Part shown: one piece after another, positions 16,584-26,241 of the stretch | Position numbering within the stretch: position 1 is the first letter of the stretch | Layout of the letters: each line of letters opens with the position of its first letter | Assembly: GCA_001779925.1 (NCBI GenBank) | Contig: MFEK01000014.1 | Coordinates: 152,168 to 216,167, forward strand | DNA: 64,000 nt | From: Candidatus Doudnabacteria bacterium RIFCSPHIGHO2_01_FULL_46_14 | GTDB taxonomy: Bacteria > Patescibacteriota > Doudnabacteria > UBA920 > 2-01-FULL-46-14 | Direction of reading: 5' to 3' | Made by a program: the position numbers and the translations under genes | The notes under the pieces: generated by a model | The model's database searches: none | The model's input: only the letters and a program-made list of their open reading frames with translations | Told to the model about the DNA's origin: nothing

Positions 16584-17642
16584 ATGCCAGACGATGTTTT
16601 TAAATTGGGCAATTTCGAGGATTTAACCGGTTCGGACATGAAGGACGAGTTTGATAAATTCGACAAGCTCGACCAGGACATGTCGCAGGAGGTGGCCGCG
16701 GATATGCAGAGGATTGAGGATAGGCTGGAGGAGGCAGATTCTACACCTCCCGGCCATACGGTCATTCTCCCCTCTGACAAGGAGAGGGAAACAAGGAATG
16801 TAACTTTGCATTCAAAGATCAAAGCTGATCCGCAGGCCAAGTTTCGCTCGCCCTGGGACGGCCAGGCTCTTTTGGAAATAGATGTCAATAATATCGTGCC
16901 CAATGAATTTCAGCCGCGACGGATATTCAATCCCGAAAAACTTCAGGAGCTGGCGGAATCCATAAAAGAACACGGCATCATCCAGCCGATGGTTGTGACA
17001 GAGCGTGATGACGGCAAATACGAAATCCTTGTGGGGGAACGGCGGTTTCGCGCCTCCAAGCTGGCAGGACTCACGAAAGTCCCCGCTTTGGTCTCGCCAA
17101 AGATTAACGCAGAGCAGAAATTAGAAATCGCGCTTATTGAAAACGTCCAGCGCGCAGAGCTCAATCCCATTGAAGAAGCAAAGGCTTATGAGAGGCTGAT
17201 TAACGAATTTGGCTTGAAGGTTATTGATATTGCCAAACGCGTAGGTAAAAATCAATCGACTGTGTCGAATTTACTCCGCTTGCTTAACCTCCCTGTTGAG
17301 GTTCAGCGTGCGCTTATTGAGGAGAAAATCGCTGAGGGTCAAGCCCGGCCGCTCTTAACGCTGCGCGATAAAGAAGAGATGCTGGAAATGTTCAAGGTCG
17401 TTATGCGAGAGGGGATGAAGGTTCGGGACATCGAGGCCAAGGTTCGCGAGATTTCCCGGCGTAAAATCAAAGTGCGGGAAATGTTCACAGCAGACCCTTT
17501 CCTGACCTCGCTTGAGAACATGCTCCGAGGCAAGCTCGGTACTCGCGTTGAGGTCAGCAAAGGCGCAAAAGGCGCGGGTAGAATTACTATTGAGTTTTTC
17601 TCAGATGAAGAATTGAATAATATTGTGGGAAAAATTTCTTGA
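16584..17642 (+). CDS. parB: ParB/Spo0J-family partition protein with an acidic N-terminal extension; no adjacent parA
   Basis: ParB box motifs GERRFRAS and ENVQR, and an HTH segment KNQSTVSNLLRLL. Confidence 0.8.
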   Translation: MPDDVFKLGNFEDLTGSDMKDEFDKFDKLDQDMSQEVAADMQRIEDRLEEADSTPPGHTVILPSDKERETRNVTLHSKIKADPQAKFRSPWDGQALLEIDVNNIVPNEFQPRRIFNPEKLQELAESIKEHGIIQPMVVTERDDGKYEILVGERRFRASKLAGLTKVPALVSPKINAEQKLEIALIENVQRAELNPIEEAKAYERLINEFGLKVIDIAKRVGKNQSTVSNLLRLLNLPVEVQRALIEEKIAEGQARPLLTLRDKEEMLEMFKVVMREGMKVRDIEAKVREISRRKIKVREMFTADPFLTSLENMLRGKLGTRVEVSKGAKGAGRITIEFFSDEELNNIVGKIS

Positions 17643-17645
17643 TTT

Positions 17646-17736
17646 AATTTCCCCTCCTCATGAGGAGGGGCAGGGGAGGTCTGTGATTGCTCTGCGACCC
17701 CCTCTTAATCTCCCCCTCATGAGGGGGAGAAAACGG
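17646..17736. repeat. GC-rich double-hairpin repeat element (copy 1, directly after the parB stop)
   Basis: Contains the hairpins CCCCTCCTCATGAGGAGGGG and CTCCCCCTCATGAGGGGGAG. It is about 80% identical to 62091-62180. Confidence 0.7.
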
Positions 17737-18009
17737 ATTGAGATTGTGTTTATACCCTGTTTATATCTTGTGGAAAAGCTGTGAATTTGTGCTTGACGCC
17801 TCTCCTTGCTGCTGTTAATATTGCCATCAGAGATTAACTAATAGCGCAGAATGAAAGAGTTTCGCCACATTGTAGTCGCTACCCGCAAGCCGAGCATTCT
17901 CGGTCTTGTTGAGTTTCGGCTGCATTATCGCGGAACCTAAAATCTTAGCTAAAAGCTAATCCCGCAGCAAAAACCAAGGTTCCGCCAAAAGCGGAATTTT
18001 GGTTAATAT

Positions 18010-18081
18010 GACGAGATAGTTCAATTGGTAGAACGGCGGCTTCCAAGCCGTAGGTTGTAGGTTCGATGCCTGCTCTCGTCG
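18010..18081 (+). tRNA. tRNA with a non-canonical anticodon loop: probably Trp(CCA), alternatively Gly(UCC)
   Basis: A perfect 7-bp acceptor stem GACGAGA/TCTCGTC, a tRNA-Trp-like D-arm TAGTTCAATTGGTAGAAC and a T-arm GTAGGTTCGATGCCTGC. The anticodon region GGCGGCTTCCAAGCCGT folds only with a 6- or 8/9-nt loop. Confidence 0.6.
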
Positions 18082-18199
18082 TTCAAGCAGTACATCTCAC
18101 CCCTAAAGGAGGACAAATTTAGTTTCGAGAAAGAAGTATTCGCACTGCCCAGCAACATCGGGTTCACGTTAACATTCGAAAGTAGGATTAGCAGGGCTT

Positions 18200-18340
18200 A
18201 TGGCGTCACAAGGAATACAACAGGTAGGAAAAGCTGAACCGTTGGAAATTAACGGACACAAAGTCAAATGGTGTCGAGGTGAAACCAGCGGCACCGTTCG
18301 CACTCCAGGCGTTTTTCAGTGCCAGAAATGCGGCGAGTAA
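18200..18340 (+). CDS. Small zinc-ribbon protein (46 aa, absent from the ORF track)
   Basis: Translation MASQGIQQVGKAEPLEINGHKVKWCRGETSGTVRTPGVFQCQKCGE contains a CxxG...CxxC zinc-ribbon pattern. Confidence 0.35.
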   Translation: MASQGIQQVGKAEPLEINGHKVKWCRGETSGTVRTPGVFQCQKCGE

Positions 18341-18450
18341 CACAAGGATACGAAGCATTTTGAAAGCGAGCGCTGCCCAAAAATTCAGCCAAATCATTCG
18401 GTCGGTAAAATGTACATCGCGGAATAGAATACGGAGGAAAAGAAGCAGAA

Positions 18451-18753
18451 ATGGATCAAAGAATCACAATCCCTACTGAGTTGTTAAGGCAAATCGAGAC
18501 CAGAGAATCTCCCGATCTCGAGGCCTGGCTGAACAAAAGTGAGAAGATATTGCAGAATGTTCAGGATTACATTGTCCGTTTGGAATCGAAAGGTGATCCA
18601 CGTCATAAAGGCTCAATAGCGTACTTACAACCACGCTGTGATCGTCGGAAGCTGATGAATGAGCACATGCGTCGGGTCCTCAAGGAGCGGAATGATTCAG
18701 AAACCACCACACAACCGGCGCTAACTCTGAATTTTCGCGCCGCTGAAACTTAG
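18451..18753 (+). CDS. Hypothetical protein (100 aa)
   Basis: Preceded by a good GGAGG RBS 8 nt upstream of the ATG; no recognisable domain. Confidence 0.45.
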   Translation: MDQRITIPTELLRQIETRESPDLEAWLNKSEKILQNVQDYIVRLESKGDPRHKGSIAYLQPRCDRRKLMNEHMRRVLKERNDSETTTQPALTLNFRAAET

Positions 18754-18764
18754 AAAGGAGAATC

Positions 18765-18953
18765 ATGCGAACGACAGTGCAGAAAAGTCCGGAAGAAGAG
18801 CTGCGCGAAATTGACAGCAAGCTCGCAAGAATCTGTTTGCAGCTCCAGAGCCCCAGGACAAAAGTATGTCGACTTACACTTTTGAACGATCGCCAACATC
18901 GTCTGAACCTTGAAGCCGCAAAGTTAGCGAAGCAATTGCGATTTGTTAACTAA
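18765..18953 (+). CDS. Hypothetical small protein (62 aa), helical/coiled-coil
   Basis: Preceded by an AAAGGAG RBS; the start lies 12 nt after the previous stop. Confidence 0.4.
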   Translation: MRTTVQKSPEEELREIDSKLARICLQLQSPRTKVCRLTLLNDRQHRLNLEAAKLAKQLRFVN

Positions 18954-19004
18954 CAGACTTCGCCTGGTCTCGAAACAATACATAGCGTTTAGGCGCTGGC
19001 GGCC

Positions 19005-19055
19005 GCATGATTTTGGATGATTCCAAAATTGAGCGGCCGTTTCTCTTTTTTTATT
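19005..19055 (+). terminator. Rho-independent terminator
   Basis: A GGCGGCCGC...GAGCGGCCG hairpin with an inner ATTTTGG/CCAAAAT stem, followed by TTTCTCTTTTTTT. Confidence 0.55.
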
Positions 19056-19132
19056 GGTATAAAAATGATAAAATGACGAAGTCATTCTCGCGAAAGTGGG
19101 AATCCATCTCCTGATCGCAGTCGAGGACAAGT

Positions 19133-19161
19133 CTGGATTCCGGATCAAGTCCGGAATGACA
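19133..19161. repeat. 29-bp hairpin repeat CTGGATTCCGGATCAAGTCCGGAATGACA (copy 1)
   Basis: Identical 29-mer to 33515-33543; contains the hairpin TTCCGGA-N5-TCCGGAA. Confidence 0.8.
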
Positions 19162-19169
19162 ATACATGA

Positions 19170-19243
19170 CGGGCTGTCGTATAGTGGTAGTACGCATGCA
19201 TGGGGTGCATGTAGTCCGAGTTCGATTCTCGGCAGCCCGACCA
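19170..19243 (+). tRNA. tRNA-Pro (anticodon GGG); CCA is encoded
   Basis: Acceptor CGGGCTG/CAGCCCG with a C1:G72 pair, anticodon arm CATGC-ATGGGGT-GCATG, T-arm CCGAGTTCGATTCTCGG and 3' ACCA. Confidence 0.85.
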
Positions 19244-19265
19244 AAGGTGAATTAAGTTATTTAGC

Positions 19266-20453
19266 ATGAGCAAATACTTAGCAGATTATGGAGATAACAC
19301 AAATTTCGTGGACGGCGAAGGTTGTTTTTTGATTGATAAGAATGGTAAAAAATATATTGATTTTCTCGGCGGGTGGTGCGTTTCCACGGTAGGCTGGAAG
19401 CATCCGAAAATGATGGAGGTCTTGCAAAGCACGGGGAATCGCGGGTTCTATATCCCTCCTTCTTACAGTTGGCCGGAATGGGAGAGTTTTGCAAAACTTT
19501 TGGCAGATATCACACCTGGTAAATTGCAAAAAGTATTTCGCACAACGTCTGGATCAGAAGCAGTGGAGATGGCCATAAAAATTGCGAGAGCCGCAACTGG
19601 CAGAAAAAAAATCGTCTCTATTGATGAGGAGTACCATGGTCATACATACGGCGCGTTATCAGTCGGCTCGGCTTTGACCTCTGCTATTGCTCCAGGCGTG
19701 CCGGAGATGCTCAAGCTTCCGCTGCCGAACGTGGGCAACGCCGAGGACGTAATCGCGCAGTTTGAAAAAATAGCCAGTGCCGGAGATCTGGCCGCCTTTC
19801 TGGGCGAGCCGGTTTTTACGAACAGTGGTACATTTGTTCCCCCGGCAGATTTTTACCCGCGCATTGCTGAGATTTGTAAACAAAACGGCACCCTGTTCGT
19901 CATGGATGAGGTGGCAACCGGCTTTGGCAGAACAGGAAAATTGTTTGCCTCCGAGCATTGGAATCTCGAGCCAGACATTATGTGTCTGGCAAAAGGTTTT
20001 TCCGGCGGGTATGCAACCATTGGCGCTACCATTGTTACCGAGGAGGTGGCAAATAGAGTTTTTGAAAAAGGCGGATATTTTCCGTATTACTCGACCTTTG
20101 GGTGGATGCCTGATGATATGATTATAACCCGCAAGAATGTTGAGCTGGTTTGCGAGCTGAAACTTTGGGAAAACGCGGAATCGGTCGGAAAATATTTACT
20201 GACACTGCTCAAGCCACTCGAGGATCTCGCGAAAGTCAAAGAGGTCAGAGGTATCGGCATGTTGTTTGCTATTGAGCTAAAAGATAAAAGTTTAACAGGG
20301 AAGATTTCTTCTGAAGTTTTAAAAAATGGTCTGGTGGTAGATACTGCTTCACCGGAAATTTTATTTTTCAGCCCGCCGCTGATCATGGATAAGGAAACTG
20401 CGACAAAAGGCGCGAGGATTTTATCGGAAGTAATTAAAAAACACTGCTCATGA
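19266..20453 (+). CDS. Class-III PLP-dependent aminotransferase
   Basis: Motifs EEYHGHT, DEVATGFGRTGKLFA and the PLP-lysine context CLAKGFSGG. Confidence 0.8.
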   Translation: MSKYLADYGDNTNFVDGEGCFLIDKNGKKYIDFLGGWCVSTVGWKHPKMMEVLQSTGNRGFYIPPSYSWPEWESFAKLLADITPGKLQKVFRTTSGSEAVEMAIKIARAATGRKKIVSIDEEYHGHTYGALSVGSALTSAIAPGVPEMLKLPLPNVGNAEDVIAQFEKIASAGDLAAFLGEPVFTNSGTFVPPADFYPRIAEICKQNGTLFVMDEVATGFGRTGKLFASEHWNLEPDIMCLAKGFSGGYATIGATIVTEEVANRVFEKGGYFPYYSTFGWMPDDMIITRKNVELVCELKLWENAESVGKYLLTLLKPLEDLAKVKEVRGIGMLFAIELKDKSLTGKISSEVLKNGLVVDTASPEILFFSPPLIMDKETATKGARILSEVIKKHCS

Positions 20454-21652
20454 GAAATAAGATTATAATTGCAATATTAGGATTAGTAGTCGCAGGAATG
20501 GTTGCATACAAGATAACCTCCCTCAGCCATGTTCCTTCCCGAGGAGGGGAGAAGGAGGGAGCCGCGGAGTCTGTTCAGGATTTTGTAAATCAAACTTTCG
20601 TGGATAACAGGGGGGCGGATGTTGCGACTTCGACAACCCCCTCCCAACCCTCACACCGGCCGAATACAGCCGATCCCTCTCCCGAACCGGGAGAGGGTAA
20701 TAATGTTGCCGGTGCTGTGTGCACCGGCGCTGAACAGTCGGACTTTGATTGCTACCAGCTCTATTATCAGGGCATTGTCAAAGATCAGGGCTTGGCCATA
20801 GCTTTCGCAGATTTGCGTAAACGCTATGGCGAGAACAGTTATGTGCAGTCCCAATGCCACCCCTTAACGCACGTCATCGGCAATGAGGCTGCCAAAAAAT
20901 TCGCAGATGTGGCCGATGCATACGCGCAAGGCGATGCGTTTTGCTGGTCAGGTTATTATCACGGCGTACTCGAAGGAATCATCGGCCGAATTGGCCTCGG
21001 GAAACTCAATTCGCAAATGGATGATATCTGTAAATCGCTAGCGCAAAAAAGCCGTTATTCTTTTGACCATTACAACTGCGTGCACGGTTTAGGTCATGGG
21101 GTTATGGCAATTTATGATAATGAGCTATTTGAATCACTCGAGGTTTGCGATAAAGTCTCGGACAGCTGGGAGCGTTCTTCCTGCTGGAGCGGGGCGTTTA
21201 TGGAAAACGTAATCGTGGATAATAAATACCATTTTTCAAAATATTTGAAACCTGAGGATCCGCTTTATCCGTGCAATGCCGTGGGCGAGAATTACCGCGG
21301 AATCTGCTACCTCATGCAGACCTCATACATGCTCAAGGTCACCAACGGCGATTTTGCGCGGGTTTTTGAGCTGTGTTCCACAGTGGAAGAAATTCACCGC
21401 AATACCTGTTACCAGAGCCTTGGTCGTGATGTGTCAGGTCGCAGTCTTTCCAATGTCGCGCAGACCAAACTCAACTGCGGTCTCGGCAAAACCATAGATC
21501 AGCGGGAGCACTGCATCATTGGCGCGGTGAAAGATTTCATTTCATATCTGCATGATGATGTGCGCGCCAAAGAGCTTTGCGAGGTCATGGACGAGCAAAA
21601 ATTAAAAGACACCTGCTACAGTACCGCAGACTCGTACTACAAACTTTTTTGA
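20450..21652 (+). CDS. Secreted/membrane-anchored cysteine-rich protein with three internal domain repeats
   Basis: An N-terminal TM/signal segment, a Pro/Ser-rich linker, and three roughly 80-aa repeats each carrying C..H..G and C.S/W patterns. Confidence 0.5.
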   Translation: MRNKIIIAILGLVVAGMVAYKITSLSHVPSRGGEKEGAAESVQDFVNQTFVDNRGADVATSTTPSQPSHRPNTADPSPEPGEGNNVAGAVCTGAEQSDFDCYQLYYQGIVKDQGLAIAFADLRKRYGENSYVQSQCHPLTHVIGNEAAKKFADVADAYAQGDAFCWSGYYHGVLEGIIGRIGLGKLNSQMDDICKSLAQKSRYSFDHYNCVHGLGHGVMAIYDNELFESLEVCDKVSDSWERSSCWSGAFMENVIVDNKYHFSKYLKPEDPLYPCNAVGENYRGICYLMQTSYMLKVTNGDFARVFELCSTVEEIHRNTCYQSLGRDVSGRSLSNVAQTKLNCGLGKTIDQREHCIIGAVKDFISYLHDDVRAKELCEVMDEQKLKDTCYSTADSYYKLF

Positions 21653-22827
21653 AGGCGGCGGCGAAACCGCCATTCGTTGAGAAAATCCGCGAACAGAACA
21701 GTGAGGCCGGCGACTATTGACTCGGTAGAGCCGATACCTGCCAAAACCCAGCCGTTATGCATGAGTCCTGAGAGCGCGCCTGCGATGCCCATGAAAGGAG
21801 CAAGGCCAGCTCCCAACAACAGCCCCAGCCGGGCAGGGTTGGTAAAGTCTTGGCGGAGGGCGAGCCGGGCCAAGGAAGTGTTTCTGTTGGTTACAACCTT
21901 TCCTTCAATGGAGAGTTTTTTTAGGTTGGATAAATACATGAAATAGGACTGGATTGCCGTGGTTAGAGACAAAGCCACAGCAGACAGACCAAAGACAACA
22001 CCTGCGAGGATTAGCCTATCATGCTCAATAAAGCCTTCCACGGAAAAAGCGCCCCATGTAGCCAGTGCAAATACCGGAATAAGTATGCGCGATCTTTTAG
22101 CGAGTTGTTTCCAGGTAAATCCGCTTCCGCGCAGGGCGGAAAGTTCTGCGGTTTCGCCTAAAAGGTCGTCAGCGCTAGCCGCAAAGATTTTGCCGATCCC
22201 AGCCGCGAATTTTTCCAGGATATGGGCAACAGGACCGATGATCAAAAGCGCTTTGATGATGCCCTGGGCAATGCGGGTGCGCTCGCGCGCGTTGTCCGCA
22301 ACTACGCGGAACACCGAATAATCGATCGCGAGCGGGTAAATTATCTCGGAAAGCTCGGTCATGAATTGCTGTTCGTTTGGGGTGATGCCGATGTTTTCTT
22401 CGTCAATGAGCACGAGTCTTTTAAATCGCAGACGGTCGCGCAATATCGTTTCGACTGCTTTTTCCAGATTTTCGCCGCGCTCATTGGCTGCTTCCAAATC
22501 CTGGCGTATAAAAACCGGGCGGTGCTTGCTGCGCAGAAGCTCCGGAAGCCAGGTGATGATGTAATTGCCCTGGCTATGGACGCTGATGGTATGCACGGCC
22601 TGTAGAATATTTTCCGGCGTCCGGAGCACTGTACGAACGCCTATCGCTTTGCCCTCAGAGAGGATTTTTTTAATCCGGGGCTGGTACTGCGGATATTTTC
22701 TGAGAATGTATTGAATCTCGATAGGCAGATCGATTTCAAAATCGAGTTCTTCCGGCAGAGAAACCACGTCCACGCGGTATGTTCCGGCAGGCGATATTTT
22801 TTTTGGTCTAGTGAAGCGTTCGAGCAT
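21637..22827 (-). CDS. Hypothetical protein with a soluble N-domain and a C-terminal multi-TM region
   Basis: A 396-aa ORF, hydrophobic over its C-terminal roughly 200 aa; no recognised family. Confidence 0.5.
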   Translation of the reverse strand: MLERFTRPKKISPAGTYRVDVVSLPEELDFEIDLPIEIQYILRKYPQYQPRIKKILSEGKAIGVRTVLRTPENILQAVHTISVHSQGNYIITWLPELLRSKHRPVFIRQDLEAANERGENLEKAVETILRDRLRFKRLVLIDEENIGITPNEQQFMTELSEIIYPLAIDYSVFRVVADNARERTRIAQGIIKALLIIGPVAHILEKFAAGIGKIFAASADDLLGETAELSALRGSGFTWKQLAKRSRILIPVFALATWGAFSVEGFIEHDRLILAGVVFGLSAVALSLTTAIQSYFMYLSNLKKLSIEGKVVTNRNTSLARLALRQDFTNPARLGLLLGAGLAPFMGIAGALSGLMHNGWVLAGIGSTESIVAGLTVLFADFLNEWRFRRRLQKSL

Positions 22828-22938
22828 TTACCCGCCTAAATTTCCTGAATAAGTTGATGGAAAATTTTGATCATTGTATCTTTGTAAATTGCCCCGCCCC
22901 TCAAATTAAATCGCAAGGAAATTTTGGAGGGTAAATCA

Positions 22939-22960
22939 AATACCCCGTTAAACGGGGTAT
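22939..22960 (-). terminator. Terminator hairpin after rpmB
   Basis: ATACCCCG-TTAA-ACGGGGTAT, a perfect 8-bp stem flanked by A and T tracts. Confidence 0.5.
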
Positions 22961-23167
22961 TTATGCTGGCTGCAGGGTTTTAATTTTGCCAGCGGTAAAA
23001 GATTTGATACATTTGGTGCAGGCCTTGATTCTCTTGCCTGGGGCGATGGTCAGCCACTGAAGATTGACCTGCTGGCGTCTGATCGTTGCCTGCATTGAAT
23101 GTGAGCGGTCAAAAATTTTTTTGTATCCTTTGCCGCAGAGTCTGCAAGCTTTATTAGGTGTAATCAT
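22961..23167 (-). CDS. rpmB: 50S ribosomal protein L28
   Basis: C-terminal 68 aa MITPNKACRLCGKGYKK...SHSMQATIRRQQVNLQ... matches L28 (CxxCGKG, SHS, NLQ). The ORF-track N-terminal extension to 23299 is not supported. Confidence 0.75.
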   Translation of the reverse strand: MITPNKACRLCGKGYKKIFDRSHSMQATIRRQQVNLQWLTIAPGKRIKACTKCIKSFTAGKIKTLQPA

Positions 23168-23298
23168 AATTGTTCGTATATAATAACTAATGTTGGGGTT
23201 TTTGTAAAGTGCGAGCATTAACTTAGAACTCATAAGCTCAGATGTCAAAACATAATTCAAAGTTCTGAGTTCTGACATATAAGATTTAACATAAGCCA

Positions 23299-23916
23299 AT
23301 GGAAATCATAATCACGTTAGTCATTCTCTTATTTTCTGCAGTCATCCACGAGGTCTGCCACGGCGTTATGGCTTACCGGCTTGGAGATGACACTGCAAAG
23401 ATGTCCGGACGGCTGACCCTAAACCCTATTCCCCATCTCGACCCATTCGCCTCGATCTTACTCCCTCTTTTTCTCGTCTGGGCTGGTTCCCCGATCATTT
23501 TCGGTTCGGCCAAACCCGTGCCAGTAAATTTTTTCAACCTCAGAAATCCCAAGCGCGACATGGCGCTTGTGTCGCTTGCGGGTCCTGCGTCCAATTTTCT
23601 CCTAGCCCTGGCATTCGCAATTCCCATTCGTTTGGGATTTATTGATAGTTCCACTCTCGGTTACGCAATCCTCATTCAGGCCGTGATTTTGAATCTTTCT
23701 TTGGGGATTTTCAATCTCCTACCCATCCCGCCTCTCGACGGCTCGAAAATTTTTGCCAGTTTTCTGCCAGGGAATATGATGTACCAGATTCTAAGCCTGG
23801 AGCGGTTCGGATTTATTTTGATAATTTTATTTCTCTACACCGGAATCATCCACAGTGTTCTCATCCCGATTTTGAATTTTTTTCTTCAGCTTTTCGCGGG
23901 GATTTCGATTTTTTAA
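23299..23916 (+). CDS. Site-2 protease family (M50) membrane metalloprotease
   Basis: HEVCHG (HExxH) and the NLLPIPPLDGSKI motif in a multi-TM protein. Confidence 0.8.
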   Translation: MEIIITLVILLFSAVIHEVCHGVMAYRLGDDTAKMSGRLTLNPIPHLDPFASILLPLFLVWAGSPIIFGSAKPVPVNFFNLRNPKRDMALVSLAGPASNFLLALAFAIPIRLGFIDSSTLGYAILIQAVILNLSLGIFNLLPIPPLDGSKIFASFLPGNMMYQILSLERFGFILIILFLYTGIIHSVLIPILNFFLQLFAGISIF

Positions 23917-23990
23917 ACCTAAAATGACATAGTACAATTCCCTCCAAAGGCGGGCAAGCGCGCGAGTTGTACTATGCACAAAAAAATAAA

Positions 23991-24030
23991 AAACGGCCTT
24001 CAAGCATACTGTTTTAGCGAAGGCCGTTTT
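23991..24030. terminator. Bidirectional terminator between convergent genes
   Basis: ACGGCCTTC...GAAGGCCGT hairpin followed by TTTT. Confidence 0.55.
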
Positions 24031-24040
24031 GTAGTTGATA

Positions 24041-25573
24041 CTAGAGAGCGCTTTTTACGCGGCGGTTGAGTTCCGCGTCCGTTGCGGAAAGCGCGAGGCT
24101 TTTCGGCAGGGGAACCAGGTCATAACCGAAATGCTTCCGGCGCAGAGCGCGGTAGTCAGCGGCTGAATCCAGGCGGATGCGCCACACGCCGCCGGACATG
24201 GGATGAATGTGTTTGTGTCCCATGAACCGATTGAAAATCTGGAAAGCCCCCCCTTGCAGGCAAATGGAATCGAATTTGTTGCGCCCGAATCTCCGTAGCA
24301 TAGTCGCGCCCAGATGTGGCAGGGAATAAAACCTGCGGTAGCTTTCAAACAGCAGATCGTCGAGCTCGGTGCTGGAGAGATCGTGTTTCCAGGTGAGAGT
24401 CGTGGCATCGAAGCGGTCCAGGTTTGGCTCGGTGATCCGGCCTTCTGCCAGGAACTCGTCGTACTGCGCTGTGCCCGGGATCGGACAGAGGATGTAAAAC
24501 GAGACGATGTCAGGATCGATTTCACGCAGAATACGATTGTGATCGAGGATATCTTGGCGGCTCTGCCCGGGAAACCCGATGATGTTGGAAAAGTGGGTGG
24601 TAATGCCGTTTTCGCGGCATAGACGGACGATGTTTTTGTATTGACTGGGATGATTTTGGGTTTTGTGCGCGGCCAGCAAAACATCCCGCCGGAACGATTC
24701 CACCCCGACAAACATCTGGAAACAGCCGGCCCGTCCCAGCAGCCGCACCAGATTTTCATCCTTTGATATCTGAGTATCGCATTGCACGAAAAACGGAATG
24801 TTGATCTGTTCGGCAATCATCTGTTCGAGGAGTTCTTCTATTTCCGCGTATTTGTTGGCATTGTCCGAAACGAACGCGACCATTCGAATTTTAGCCGTTT
24901 TTGCCGCGCGGAGACTTGCCATGGTTGTTTCCACGCTTTGACTACGGATCTGCCGCCCCGCGATTTTGATCACGGAACAGAAATTGCATGTGAATGGGCA
25001 GCCGCGTGCCGGGTAAATCCCAAGCATCGGTACCACGTAGCGCCGCAGGGCCTCCCGGGAAGGCGGGATGAGCACTGGCGCATCAAGTTCTTTGGCCCAT
25101 CTCTGCGCGGCGCCGTAAACTGGCTGGAGCTGGCCGCGGATTGCATCTCTCAAAATCGTTGGCCAGATTGTTTCCGCTTCAGCGAGGGCAAAACTCACGC
25201 CACGGTTTTGGAGCATGCTGGTATCGCAAGTCATCGCATGCGGCCCGCCGATCACACAGTTTTGCACCCCGCTCTCGCGAGCCAAGGCCGCCAGGTCAAG
25301 CGATCGCTGGAATTGGTGGGACTGAGCCCCGACCACAGCCAGCAGAGTGGGGGTCGCTGGGTTTTTTAGCAGATCCAGGTAAGCGAGATCTGTCTGGACG
25401 TATTCATCGATAGAGTGCGTGTTTATCAGCACGCTATCCACCACGTCCGGAGTCATGCTCCGAATATACGGGACCGTGCTGTTCGGCATGAAACCTTTGA
25501 GGAATCTTTCAACATAGCCATCCGGTCCGTACTTGCTGGGTTTCAGGATCACTACATCTAGTGTCTGTTTCAT
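24041..25573 (-). CDS. B12-binding-domain radical SAM protein
   Basis: A CPFTCNFC (CxxxCxxC) radical SAM cluster motif preceded by a B12-binding-like N-domain. The start was set to the Met preceded by a GGAGG RBS. Confidence 0.75.
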   Translation of the reverse strand: MKQTLDVVILKPSKYGPDGYVERFLKGFMPNSTVPYIRSMTPDVVDSVLINTHSIDEYVQTDLAYLDLLKNPATPTLLAVVGAQSHQFQRSLDLAALARESGVQNCVIGGPHAMTCDTSMLQNRGVSFALAEAETIWPTILRDAIRGQLQPVYGAAQRWAKELDAPVLIPPSREALRRYVVPMLGIYPARGCPFTCNFCSVIKIAGRQIRSQSVETTMASLRAAKTAKIRMVAFVSDNANKYAEIEELLEQMIAEQINIPFFVQCDTQISKDENLVRLLGRAGCFQMFVGVESFRRDVLLAAHKTQNHPSQYKNIVRLCRENGITTHFSNIIGFPGQSRQDILDHNRILREIDPDIVSFYILCPIPGTAQYDEFLAEGRITEPNLDRFDATTLTWKHDLSSTELDDLLFESYRRFYSLPHLGATMLRRFGRNKFDSICLQGGAFQIFNRFMGHKHIHPMSGGVWRIRLDSAADYRALRRKHFGYDLVPLPKSLALSATDAELNRRVKSAL

Positions 25574-25730
25574 TATTGCCTCCTTGGGCAAAGGTTGTAC
25601 TGGCACAATCGTCCCATAAAATCGCCATATATACAAGATTTTTAACACCTCAACCGCTGGATGAGGCGTTGCTTCTACTGCTGGTATTTGCTAGTATTGT
25701 TTCTTGTTGACAAAAAAAGGGGGATTTGTG

Positions 25731-25952
25731 ATGGACGCAAAAATGAGCAGTTTGGAAAAAAAGGTGACCGTGGGCTTTGTATTCATGGGTTTCGGTTTGG
25801 GAGGGCTGGTAGGCATCGCAACCGTCGTCCTCTTCACCAATATAAAAGATCTATTGTCTGCGATTCTGGCCTCGCTGGCATCAGCCATCGTTGTGTCCTG
25901 GGTATTTACCGCAATGATGGTGCCAAGGCTGAAACGATTGAATCTGAAATGA
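25731..25952 (+). CDS. Small membrane protein
   Basis: Two predicted TM helices; preceded by an AAAGGGGGA RBS. Confidence 0.4.
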   Translation: MDAKMSSLEKKVTVGFVFMGFGLGGLVGIATVVLFTNIKDLLSAILASLASAIVVSWVFTAMMVPRLKRLNLK

Positions 25953-26241
25953 GAAAAAGGAGGTAAACGCGAATCGAACCAGACTTTGTTTTCCGAATGT
26001 GCCGCATGAGCGTACGCTAATGCGGCACTAATTTTATTATTGACAGCGTGGTATGTTATTTGTATAATATCTCTAATTGAATAAGAAACCCCTTAATTTA
26101 TTAAGGAAATCACTTTTTCAGTCGATTTTTCTGGGAATACATTATCCCGCGGTTTCGGGAGAGTACCAGCAAAACGAAATAGGCGAGAGCTGACTCGAGT
26201 CAGTTTTTATTACGCCCAACATCTAATCAATAAAGAACAGA

